Positions 29,008-40,069 of a stretch of 64,000 bases of DNA are shown piece after piece. Position numbers and translations under genes: made by a program. The DNA comes from Malacoraja senta. Taxonomy: Eukaryota. Below the pieces are notes generated by a model that had not been told where the DNA came from, searched no databases, and saw only the letters and a program-made list of their open reading frames with translations. Each line of letters opens with the position of its first letter. The stretch's first letter is position 1. The stretch covers positions 124,001 through 188,000 of the forward strand of contig JAXLNO010005561.1 of assembly GCA_038087875.1 (NCBI GenBank), given 5' to 3'.

Positions 29008-30081
29008 TATTACAGCTAATAAATATCAAGATACTTCATTCACTATTTAAAACAAAAATCATTCAAGAATTGTTTGTCTTTACAACAACCAGAGATAAGA
29101 TGAGAACATAAACAGAAGCAGTAGGCCATTCAGCCCTCCTGCCTACTTCATCATTCAATAAGATTAAAGATGATTATTATTTTCACTGCCACTTTCCCCT
29201 CAATATCTTGAAAATATATCAATTCTAAATATGACTGCTATATAACTTTGATCACCCGGCAAAAGTTGTACTATTTAAAACAATCATTTCACCAGACTAC
29301 ACATGTGCAGGAAGTTATGCTTGCAGACAATCTTTTCAAATCTCTTTAGAAAACACTATGGTTTGAATTATAAAAAGACAATTAATGTACTTCCTTTAAG
29401 AAATATTGGCATGAGGCAGAGAGAACAAAAAATCTTTACACATACCAATGATCCCAAAATATGAAAAGATTACACCCTCAATCCCACAAACTGAACCACG
29501 GCTTTTCCTAAAATTCTGACCAGTGTAATTTTTTACCATCAATTCTAGTTATGAGGATATACAAATACTTGAAAAATAAATCCTTCCTGGTTCCATCATA
29601 CACATAATTCATTCAAATAAAGGACACCCTTCCCAAGACACCAAAGTTGTTTCTTTAAAAGCTGAAATAGAAACATACACCATAATGTGAAAGACTAAAA
29701 AAAAGCTTGCTTTAATGAAGGTTGGCAGAAAATGTCAGCTCACTTTAATAATCTTTAGTTACCCTGGACACAACCTCGAAAGCATTTTTTTTCTGCCTCA
29801 GAGAATCCCTGAGAATACACAGGGCAGCCCCAATTCATTAAAAAGAGTGGCCCATGATGTCATTAGGCAATTTCAGGGGGTGCACATATTTTACTGAATG
29901 TGAACCAGTTGGTTTTCACTTACGAATATTGAGAACCCTGGCATAAATTACAGGTGGATCTTTGAAACAATATCCTATGCTTAATAAGATCAGATCTGCA
30001 ACTTCCTTGGATCCATTCAACTGCAGTGTCAGTTATTTAGATTTTATGCCAATTTAAGGAAGAAAGGAACCAAACCAAACC

Positions 30082-30213
30082 AGTCTGAAGAAGGGTTTCG
30101 GCCCGAAATGTTGCATATTTCCTTCGCTCCATAGATGCTGCCTCACCCGCTGAGTTTCTCCAGCATTTTTTTCTACCTTCGATTTTCAAGCATCTGCAGT
30201 TCCTTCTTAAACA
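30082..30213 (+). mobile_element. PLE-derived short repeat with hammerhead motif
   Basis: agtctgaagaagggtttcggcccgaaatgttg...agatgctgcctcacccgctgagtttctccagc...gcatctgcagttccttcttaaaca. Same subfamily as the 7320 copy. Confidence 0.85.
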
Positions 30214-32780
30214 AATTAAATATTGATTTCTTGTCTAGGTTCTTGAAACTGAAATGTACAAATGCATGTTATACATACAGTGATCTAGAAATTGTAGTGC
30301 ACCAAAAAGCATGTGCTAGGTATTTTCTCTTCTGATGGAAAGGAAGAGGTTTACAGATAGGCACCTTCTGCTTCCCATCTAAGTGACCATTATTTGTGCC
30401 AACGCCTGTTCGCATTTGACATCAACACACTAATTCCACCAGGGTTACAATAAAGAGTGGAAACGTTGACGGGCTATTTGAACTACTTGAGGAGTTGGTG
30501 TTTCTTCAGACAGGTGTCAGTAAATGACACTAACAAAGCTGTCAATGTAATTCAAAACTTAAAAAGATGTAACCTTGTGCATTTTAAGCAAAGACTGCCA
30601 TTGTTGGTCAATTTCATAACAGCCTATTCATACGGAGTATTAAAAAAATGCACATGATCTATTCATCAAACAATGAATTTATAATTTGATTAGATACTGA
30701 GCTCCCAGGAATGGCATATCGTAATATAATTTTAAAAGACTTCAGGCAAGTCAACAATCGAATGCATAATGTCCACTCTGTCAAATCTTCAAATTCCCTT
30801 GCGGCTATCACTTTGGGCTGTCAATGACACTCCTTTTCAAGAGATTAAAATTCACATATTCAAATTACAATGCTATTCTACAACAAATATTATAGACAGC
30901 ACTTACAATTACTCTGATATCATTCTAATAAAAATACAAGTTTTTGAAAATCATCCACATTCACCATTTGTATATATTAGTTTAAAATTTACTCCCTTTG
31001 GATCAATGTGCTACACATCCACTGGTAACAACCTATCCCTCTCACATCCTTCTCCCTTGTGCAAAAACAGTTATTTCCCAGGGGCAGATTAAATTTGTCC
31101 CCATCACTCCTGCAAAACACACACAGCAAGACAAAAAAGAATTGGCATTACTTAATCAATATATAGAAAACCTGAAATGGCAACTTTTAACTTTTTCACT
31201 TAAAAAGGTTAGGTCATATTTACTTTAGTGATAAAATATAATCAATTGTATTTTATTCACCAAAACATCATGTATGAGAAATGTATATTAAGGACACAGA
31301 TTATCAAAAATATATATAATCCACATCAACGTGCATGGTAAACTGCACACAAATTACTCCTGAAATTAAGCAAGTTACAATTTAATGAAGCAATTTATTT
31401 AACCTATTACAAAACCAAAACAATTTCAAACATAACATAGACAGAGGCATTACATATTTTATTTGTTGGCAAATTCTGCTCTTTCTTGTCAAACTACCTA
31501 AGGATGCAAATTTCACAGTTTTGATGGGTCTGCAGAAAAGTAGTAAATTATCAGCAGATGTGCCACATAATTAATCTGATGTACTTCACACATGAACCTA
31601 GCTGCTAATTAAAACCCTACATATAATTGACTTAATTTACATATCATTGAAGCTTTCCAACAATTAAAAATTCTTTATAGACACATCAATATACTAAATA
31701 TTTTGAGCAATGCATACAGTATCTCATTTAAGATTGGATGTAAACTTAGTCACAAATTATACTTTAGATCATCAGATGAATGTTGAAAGAACACTAATAT
31801 TAAAAACAATCCTTTCTATTATGTTATTCAACACTATTTTTTTAAGTACCTTAATTGTAGCTAATATGTTTAAGAGGAATGAGTTGTCTTTCAAAGTGTG
31901 CATTAAATTGTCCAATAGTATTTTAAAATATTGTAATATCCATTGAGGTGGAATTAAATATTTTAATTCAGAGAATATAATATTTTAACATTGTATATTC
32001 CAACTGTCTGTACCAATCTTTGGATAAACAATTTACCATTCTGACAAAGCACTTTTTGAAACCAGGGAATGACTTGTGGAATAAATGTTCAATTGGCAAA
32101 TAGTCAGGATCCAGAATTTATCACTTGAAAAGAGTTATGGAAGCAGATTTAACTATAAAGAAATGGACTGAGTATTTGAAGGGGATAAAATGGTGGGGCT
32201 CCGAGGCGCAGGTCATGGGATTTTAATTGCTGTTACAGAGAACCAGCATGGACTAATGGGTTAAATGTTGGGAGAATTATTCTACAAAATGGTCAAAATG
32301 GCCAATATTCTACAAAATGGTCAAACCAATTAATGCAAATAAGTTGTATTAACTATTTGAAAATAAACTTATTTGAAAATGGTTACCACCCTCAAATATG
32401 GTTCATTCAAAAGTTTAAGGGTGGATCACTGAAGTCTCCTCTTTACTCTAGAAGACACAAACTTTGTGAAGTTATTTGCTACAATATGAAAAGATCTTTA
32501 AATTATGAAAGTAAATCCAGTCACAATGAATGATATCTTAATGTTTGATGAACTTCTTGTGGCTGGTGGGAAAATAAACCACTTCGGACTAATGAAGTGC
32601 TTTGAATGCACAGTACTTCTTCACCTATTAAAACCAAAGGTATCACTTTCATAATTTGTTTTCTTTTCATTTACTTGAACTCAGTGCAAAAAATTCACAG
32701 ACCTTTATCGTGCAATGACAAAATCAAACAAAATAGACACCCTTTCATTAAATGCTAAATAGCGCGCAGCATTTTGCCCC

Positions 32781-33083
32781 TTAGTTTAGTTAAGAAATAC
32801 AGCATGGAAACAGGCCCTTCAGCCCACCGAGTCCAAGCTGACCAGTGATCCCCACACATTAATACTATCCTACACATTAGGGACAATTTACAATTTTACC
32901 AATGCCAATTAACCTACAAACCTGTACATTTTTGGAGTGTGGGTGGAAACCGGAGCAACCAGAGAAAACCCACGCGGTCATCGGGAGAACATACAAACTC
33001 CAGTCAGCACCCGTAGGCAGGATCAAACTAGGTTCTCTGGCACTGTAAGGCAGCAACTTTACCAATGCATCACCGTGCAGCCC
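32781..33083 (-). mobile_element. HE1-type V-SINE (tRNA-derived head, V core, CR1-like tail)
   Basis: On the minus strand it has a tRNA-like head, the V-domain core gttctcccgatgaccgcgtgggttttctctggttgctccggtttccacccaca, and the tail gggctgaagggcctgtttcc...(aacta)n. Confidence 0.85.
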
Positions 33084-33207
33084 TCTCTGTCCAAGACAAC
33101 ATGAAATTGCAGAGTTGTAGATGTAGACCAGTCAATCACACAGACAGACTTCCCACCACTGACTCCATCCACACCACGCTGCCTGGGAAAAGCAGCCAAA
33201 AAATTCC

Positions 33208-33380
33208 TGTGTAGGAAGGAACTGCAGATGCTGGTTTAAACAGTAGACACAAAAGTTGGGATAATTCAGCGGATCAGACAGCATCTCGAGATAAAAAGAA
33301 TAAGTGACGTTTCGGGCCGAGACCCTTCTTCAGACTCAAACCCAGACTAACTTTTCTCCAGAGATGCTGCCTGACCCGCT
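33208..33380. mobile_element. PLE-derived repeat as an inverted pair, adjoining a Rex1-like fragment (~33100-33205)
   Basis: A minus-strand copy (33208-33336) is followed by a plus-strand partial copy ttttctccagagatgctgcctgacccgct. Confidence 0.85.
33301..33338 (-). ncRNA. Minimal type I hammerhead ribozyme motif, intact core, sense to SKI pre-mRNA
   Basis: ugagu-CUGAAGA-a-ggguc-uc-ggccc-GAAA-c-GUC-acuua. Stem I has 5 bp including one G.U pair. The predicted cut is between 33306 and 33305. Confidence 0.7.
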
Positions 33381-33568
33381 TGTCCCTTCTTGCTATATAA
33401 ACGCTTCTACTATCTTTGACACTTCAAAAAGGAGCCACAAAGCACTTTTTTTTTAAAACAAATACTCAAGCCTTCCCGACGTGTTTAGTGAGGGGGGAGG
33501 GGGTGGCGGCTGAGGCAGCGCCACTTGCCAGACTACCTGCGGCCATTCCACGGCGCCCTCGACAGCCC

Positions 33569-33637
33569 GCCCGCCACCAACGACCCCGCGCGCCCGCCAC
33601 CAACGACCCCGCGCGCCCGCCACCAACGACCCCGCGC
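33569..33637. repeat. GC-rich 23-bp minisatellite, 3 perfect copies, within a small intronic CpG island (~33490-33760)
   Basis: gcccgccaccaacgaccccgcgc occurs at 33569, 33592 and 33615. Confidence 0.95.
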
Positions 33638-33884
33638 TCCCGCCGTCACCACGGCAACCGCGCTCCCCAACTGCCGCCGGGTGCCCCCCTCAAACCGGGC
33701 GGCGAGTTTATGCTTATAATCAACTTTGACTTTCACCGCGAACATCGGGCAGAGGGCATATATGACAAATATTCACAGCACGAACAAATCCTCCTGAACA
33801 ACAGCCCCAAAGGTTGGAAAAATGTGGAATCTCAAAACACTGATACTAATACTACGATGACGGGATATATATGTATATGTTTAT

Positions 33885-34165
33885 ACACACACACTGAACT
33901 TTTTTTTCTTGCTTATTATATTGTTTATACAGCACTAAGCTTACGTATTCTGTGTCGGAAATAACTACAGATGCTGGTTTACACCGAAGATAGATACAAA
34001 ATGCTGGAGTAACTCAGCGGGATGCTGCCTGTCCCGCTGAGTTACTGAGTTACTCCAGCATTTTGTGTCTGTCTTTCATGTCTGCATATTCTGTTGCGCT
34101 GCTGCAAGTAAGAATTTCAGTGTTTTATCTGGGACATAGGACAATAAACCACTGTTGACTCTTGA
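33885..34165 (+). mobile_element. Rex1/Babar-type LINE 3' tail split by an inverted PLE fragment (33952-34076)
   Basis: The tail gctgcaagtaagaatttca...ctgggacat...ttgactcttga recurs at ~41717-41786. The insert is a hairpin, caaaatgctggagtaactcagcggga / tcccgctgag...ttactccagcattttg. Confidence 0.7.
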
Positions 34166-34691
34166 GATGGTTCTGGTGGCGTGGTACCTCATAGGTTCTA
34201 GGAGCAGAATTAGGCAATTCAGCCCATCATGTCTACTCCGCCATTCAATCATGGCTGATCTTTCTTTCCCTCTCAACCCCATTCTCCTGCCTTCTCCCCA
34301 TAACACTGACACCCTTACTAATCAGATTGGACACGTGTCAATTGTAAGAGGGAGTTCACACAAGCACCCTGAGCCTGAGCACATGAGCTTCCATCAGGTC
34401 ATCTGGCACATTGCTCAATGAAACAGCTCTAGTTGGGTGTATATCTGTTCTTACAACCAGACATTAAAGGCTTGCTAAGGCAGACAAGACAAACTGTGAG
34501 AGAGAATTCAAAAGTCACTTTTAACTTTCCCACCTGAGTACTTACATATGTAGAAACCTGTAGCTTAAAATGTCTACTGAAGCAAAAACATTCCGAAATT
34601 TTATACTGGATAATTAATCTCTAGGCCACACTTTATTCAAAATATCAATTTTTCAGAGATGTGGTACCAAAACTATTCAAATCTCTAATTT

Positions 34692-34790
34692 AGAAACAAA
34701 ATATTGGGAAAACTCAGCAGGTCAGGCAGCATCTGTGGAGGAGGAAACAATTAATGTTTCAGGGTAGGAGCGAGCGTTCATCAGAAAACA
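34692..34790 (-). mobile_element. Older PLE-derived repeat with a CUGAUGA-type hammerhead remnant
   Basis: The minus strand reads ttctgatga...ctgaaacattaa...agatgctgcctgacctgctgag. Similar old copies lie near 6430-6480, 46700-46940 and 47965-48165. Confidence 0.65.
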
Positions 34791-36979
34791 GGTGTTGTAT
34801 TTAATTTTTTCAGCACTTTAGTTTTAATTTCAAATGTGCAGCATTTTTTTCTGGAATGTTGTCTTCCCAGCCCATGTATACTGCAAAGTGTGAAATACTG
34901 TTGTTGAACGTTGGGTCAGAACGTTGGGCCCTGCATTAAATAGGCACCAAAAACAGACTTGGGAAAAGATTAGAAATTTAAATATTCCCAATATCAAATT
35001 TCGCAACTAGGGATGGAAATCATTTTCAACATCCATCTACTCTAATCGAGCTAGAAGTATATTAAATAGGTGAAAGTGATAACTCAAGTCTAATATTGAC
35101 AAAGTCTGAACACGAGGCTTTGTAACACTTCTGAACATTGTCCTTTCACAATATCCAGTCAAATCTCATTCGCCACAACTTCCTGTCTTTATTGCACGTG
35201 ATTTTCCCATAATTTCTGGCTGATGTTGTGCAACAATGTGAAGCTGGCGAGATTCAATTGTAATTACAAACTAACAAATCGAAATTGCATGAGTGTGCAG
35301 AAAGGACACGGAGGGTACAGAGAAGGTGTAACTGATTTCTTCATACATTTATCTGTATGAGTAATTTCCTATAAAACCGAAGATATATCTGGCCTTTAAA
35401 ACTGGATGCAAAGTTCAGTTGTGCCAGGTGGCACAAAGGATACTTCATTTCGCCGTAATCGCGCGTTTATAAATGGGTTATTTAATAGCATGTTTTTGAA
35501 CAAGTATACAAGATGGGTCTCAGTTTTGAAATAGTAATGTAGAGGCATAATATTTTACTTTTCAAGCAAATGGGTCGCTTTGGTTTCTTCAAATCACAAC
35601 TTCACCCGTTTAAAAGTTATATCTTTCAAACATGGAAGATGCACTGTAGTAACTTAATTATTTTTTAAAAGTTAACTCTCTCCTTTAGGATACTGTTGTT
35701 TTCTAAAAGTGTTGAGTGACACACCCGACGCATTCTTTGCCTCAGCTGCTGGCTTTCGGTTTCCTAGAGGCTCTGTAATTATCCGTGTAATATGCAGTCT
35801 TAAGAGTGGCAACCCCCGAAAGGCGCAAGGGAATGAATTAGCCCATTGAAAGTCAAACAGTGCATTCGTCAAACAATGCCCCAAGTATACCCGCTCCGCT
35901 GCTTTTATTTAATTCATAACAATTGATGCAAATGAACTCCTTTTCCATTCAAAAAAGAGGCAGCCCTGGGTTCACGGCCGTAACCTTTACCCAGCTACAT
36001 ATCAGCGCAGAATCCGCCAGTCCCTATTCTAAAAATGCAATAAAACAAGGCATCGCGTAAACAAATGTTGTAATTAATTCCAACCCGATGGATGTCTTTT
36101 TTTACATCAACATCGAGATCTTAAGTGAGCCAGGGGAAATTGACCGGAACTCGGGGCTTTTAAACTACAACGATAGCATGCTTTCAAAGTTTCACCACCT
36201 TGAATCGGGTGTCCTCAGTCAAAGACAGTACAAATGCGTGTGCAATTGCTAGTGTACGAATCTGATCACAACTATGCTCACACTGAATCAACTTAAGCAG
36301 CTTCCCAATTCGCTTTATAAATAGCCCTTCGGTAAGAAATCTCCTCGGGATCTGCTGGGTGGATGTGGATTGGATAAAGCGTGGCTCTGCACAGGACATG
36401 CCCGGAGTTAACCGACAGCTCTCCCTATACACATCACGTAAAACCCCTCCCACATATTAGTGAGGAGGGAAACACACCCAGCTCAGAAACCTGCATATTG
36501 AGCAGCCTGTAGTCAACTTAATGCCTCAACTTAGCACGTCATTATCTATAATGGGAAGTGATTAAAATACACACCTTCGAGTATTTAAAGATATCATTCA
36601 TGATTTAAAATGTCCCCATCAAGCGAAGAAAAATACGTATTTTTAGATATATGCTTATTTTCTACGGAGCTGGTTAAACAAAATGCAAGAAACTGCCTAC
36701 TGAACTAGCATGTTCAGTACAAGCGTGTCCAGTTTCGCTACTTGTGAAACCGAAAATAATGTGACTTTTTGTGTAGTGAAATGTAGAAACTTTTGCAGAA
36801 AGGGTTGCAGAAACCAAGCCCATGACTCACCGTAATGGGTTTAAAGAAAACTTGAATTGAGATATTTTAATTAAGCACATTTAACGCTATTGTGACCTAG
36901 TTTCCTTTACACGACAGTGGGAAATCATCCACTATTATTATCTTTAGTAAGGGATGCGTCTGAAGTTAGAAATGCTTAC

Positions 36980-37888
36980 CCTGGGTGCTTTTCTTTTGTA
37001 TTTATTGCTGTAGTCAAATCTCTCTTTTATTTCATCCAGCAACTGTTCCAATCGAGTTTTCTCCTCTTTTCCGGTGTAATCCTGACTCAACAGAACATAG
37101 GCTCTCCAGTTGGCCGAATCGAAACCCCAGTGGCAGGTTCTGTTTTCTAATGATTTGTGCGAGTGCACTACAAATTTGTGAGGAGGATACATCAGCCTGC
37201 AGTCCATACACTGGATGCACGCAGCATGAGGGTTGCCGTACAACTCAGGCACAAAGAGTCCCTTGCACTTCCCAAAACACTCGTGGTACACTTTGAAGCT
37301 TTTTTCCGTGATCTCTAACTCAATGGTGCTGGAAAATTCTTTTTTGCAATGGGGAGGGTATGTTCCTCCGTAGAGTAAAGCATTGCAAAGCCTCTCTGCG
37401 TCTGTCTTGGTGATCAAGCCACAGGATGGAGCCGAGAAAGGCAAAATCCCCATGACTTTCAGGATCTCCAGCTGGTCTGCCGTGCATCTAGAGCAGTAAA
37501 TATGCAATTCATCACATACCGAATTGATCTGCTGGAGAGAAAAATCTCTAAGGACGGAGTTCAGAATCTGTGGCAAGCAAAGCCTCTTTTCCCCACCAAC
37601 TACGAAACAAGAAATGGTCTCCCCCTCCAGAATGGTCTCGCATCTCTCCGTTGATCGGTCCGAAGGGATAAAGAGGGGGCCCGGCATTACAGGAGGGGGC
37701 TGTATGGGTAGATGTATAATCTGATCCGTTTCTTTCCCAGTTTCCTTTTTGTACATCATCTCCTGAGCCCATCGGGCAGAAAAAGCCGCCGGTCCACCGA
37801 GCGAACTCATACTGCTGAGATGAAACTGCTTTAAGGTTTGCTGGAGCCCTGGATGAGGCTGAAAACTAGATCTTGGTAGAGTCTCCAT
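36980..37888 (-). CDS. SKI: SKI proto-oncogene (TGF-beta/SMAD co-repressor), first coding exon, 303 codons
   Basis: The translation matches c-Ski across three regions: the N-terminal R-SMAD-binding segment ([32 protein letters not shown]), the Dachshund-homology domain ([32 protein letters not shown]...[10 protein letters not shown]) and the SMAD4-binding SAND-like zinc domain (YHECFGKC...CIQCMDC...HSH...[12 protein letters not shown]). The short N-terminus fits SKI rather than SKIL. The ATG has a good Kozak context (A at -3, G at +4). A donor AGG|GTAAGC follows KYKRKAPR, at the position where mammalian SKI exon 1 ends. Confidence 0.97.
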
Positions 37889-38410
37889 GATTCCGGACCC
37901 CCAAAAGCAGACCCGTTTTGTAAAAAAAATCAGATAAACCCTTCTTTAAAAAGCCGCGGCGTCCAAGTTTGCCCCACCAGCGCAGACGGAATTAAAGTAG
38001 CTCATGAAATCCAGTCTCTCAGGCGTGCTGTGTTTCTGCAGTACTCTTGCCTTCAAACATACCCACAACCGTGCTCTTTCAAAAAGATTTCTTCAAACAG
38101 ACGGTCAGTAAACAAGTCCTCCCGAAATCCAGTCCCCAATTTTGTTTCAGAGTCTGCACTTTGTTTCCTTTTTCCTCTGCGCTCCACAATCTGCAAGCGC
38201 GAAGACCCAGCACATCCACACAATACGACCTTGCAGCTCAGACTGCCTTCTCCCCTCTGTTTGTCGGCGTCTAGGTCAGGCATTGAATCTCAGCCAAGAA
38301 TGCGTCTGACTCCCCCAGGGCTCTTCCAGGAACCAGCACACTGCCCACCGATTCCAACAGCAGCCTACAAACATGCAATAACTGGTTTCACAGATCATTC
38401 GCGGTGAAAT
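37889..38410 (-). promoter_or_regulatory. SKI: Putative SKI 5' UTR portion of the coding exon, with uORFs and an upstream acceptor-like site
   Basis: The minus strand reads ctcctccctctgccttgtag|atttcacc, with the AG at 38412-38411. Upstream ATGs lie at 38398, 38374, 38283 and 38005. CpG is retained across the region. Confidence 0.45.
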
Positions 38411-38630
38411 CTACAAGGCAGAGGGAGGAGTTTTTTTTCCCCAAAGTTCATTCGATATCATTTATTCTCAAAATTAGTCATCAGTAGTTTTTTTACACAA
38501 CACGCTATTTTGTGTTTTGTAGATCACCAGTCTGCAACAACACAACGTGAGCGGGAGATATTTTTGTTTAAGCAATTCGAACAATGGTGATGTGATCAAG
38601 CAAAGTTGTTTTCATGGATAATCAACAACT

Positions 38631-38633
<3 letters not shown>

Positions 38634-38667
<34 letters not shown>
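38634..38667. repeat. (AT)n microsatellite upstream of SKI
   Basis: About 17 uninterrupted AT units. Confidence 0.95.
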
Positions 38668-38670
<3 letters not shown>

Positions 38671-40069
38671 GGTATGAAATAAATCCCATTTATTCCACAT
38701 ATGTGTGTTTGACTGCCTCAGCGCTCTTTCAGCAAAGAAATGTCAGAATGAGATAAACTGAATAAAGTCGCCCATCCCATACTAATAAAGATAATATATT
38801 TTGTAGATATTTTGTCCAAAATTTCAGAATGATTTAAGATGTTTGCTGGAAATCCATGGAGCATTGTGACCTAAACTCGCAAGAAGCACCCCTCCTGCCA
38901 TTCCAACCAGACTCTACATCATATTTACGCCATTCAGATATGTTATTTTGTATGTCATAAAACCCATTTCTAATATCACATAGAAGTCCAGGCCAATTCC
39001 TCCATCACAAAATGCCATGGTCAAAATACTTATCAGCTCCTGCGAATCTTTTATTGGGCTTTGGTGAATGTAGCATAGTGGATAGTACATCAAGAATATG
39101 TCATTTCAATCTGCAGTCTCTTCTCAGCTCATCCCATTCATGTCACATAATCCTTCATGGTCCATGGTTTGGGAGGGAAATATCAGTCAAACCTCTCCAC
39201 TCTTTAATTATTTTTCAATCATCTGGCTGTTTAGCATTATCAGAAGTCATTAAACCTCACAGGGAAAGTAACAGAATGGACTTTATTTTTACCCCATCTT
39301 TACCAAGTCCAGGAGATTTAAAGTGGTATGTCAAGTATATGACAAGTATGAAGCACCTGAATAGCTTTCCAGAAATAGTAGGAAACCTAAAACCCAATGA
39401 AGGCGAGGAACTAAAGGAAAACTTAGCCCTTCGACCCAACTCATATGTGCCAACAAAGATGCCCTATCTAAGTTAGTCCCATTTGCCTGTGTTTGGCTCA
39501 ATGGAACACTCACTCATGTTAACTTCATCCAATCCTGTTGATATTTTCCAAGTGTCTTGTTATCTCATTCTTAATAATAGTTTCTCGCATTTTACCAAAG
39601 TAAAATTGTTTTTTCCGTTTCCCATATTTGTTCCTTTTGGGCTTCTTGGCAACATTCTCAAACAGTATCAGTTTGTCTTCAAGGCCGGTATAACTCTATT
39701 TTATGAAGGAACTTCACTTTTCAGCTGTTAGAAAAATATTTCACCCCGTCAATCTAACTACATTTGAATCAAGAACTCCAAGCCAAAAGACCAGTATCTA
39801 AACTACTGTGTCACTAAGTCTCTGCAACCAATAGTTTCAACTGGTATCAGCACTGATATCTTCTTGAGGACACAGTATATAATCGAATTGATATGGATCC
39901 CAAAGTGATCTATCAGAGTATTATGAAAATGCAGCACATAGCTTGCTGCATTTAGATTGCTTAATTGTTCCTTCCTCACCCTGAAGTGTAAACAGTCTGT
40001 CTTGAATTGGTGTGATTAACACATTGTTATTTTTTTACTTTATACATTTCACAGGTCTATCGAGTAAAG

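Larger units (their letters stand above)
1..36979 (-). other. SKI: SKI intron following the first coding exon (at least 37 kb, apparently continues past the window start)
   Basis: The intron opens with GTAAGC at 36979-36974. I recognised no later SKI exon in the ORF track, and this intron is also very long in other vertebrates. Confidence 0.8.
35400..38550. promoter_or_regulatory. CpG-retaining domain around the SKI coding exon (candidate non-methylated island)
   Basis: CG dinucleotides are visibly more frequent than in the flanks (e.g. cgccgtaatcgcgcg near 35451, gccgcggcg near 37953). Not quantified. Confidence 0.45.

Noticed and set aside
33731-33742. 12-mer tttcaccgcgaa also found on the minus strand near 38400-38409
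   Set aside because: One short match in 64 kb is compatible with chance, and there is no flanking similarity.
33416-33964. 182-aa plus-strand ORF
   Set aside because: It has a non-ATG start, crosses a VNTR and a LINE tail, is low in complexity and has no recognisable homology.
1-36000. Downstream or alternative SKI exons
   Set aside because: No ORF-track translation resembles later SKI sequence. Exons under 60 codons could be missed, and TBLASTN with full-length SKI would settle it.
36944-36979. Last 11 residues of the 314-aa ORF as part of canonical SKI
   Set aside because: They lie beyond the AGG|GTAAGC donor at the conserved exon boundary, so they are intronic read-through.
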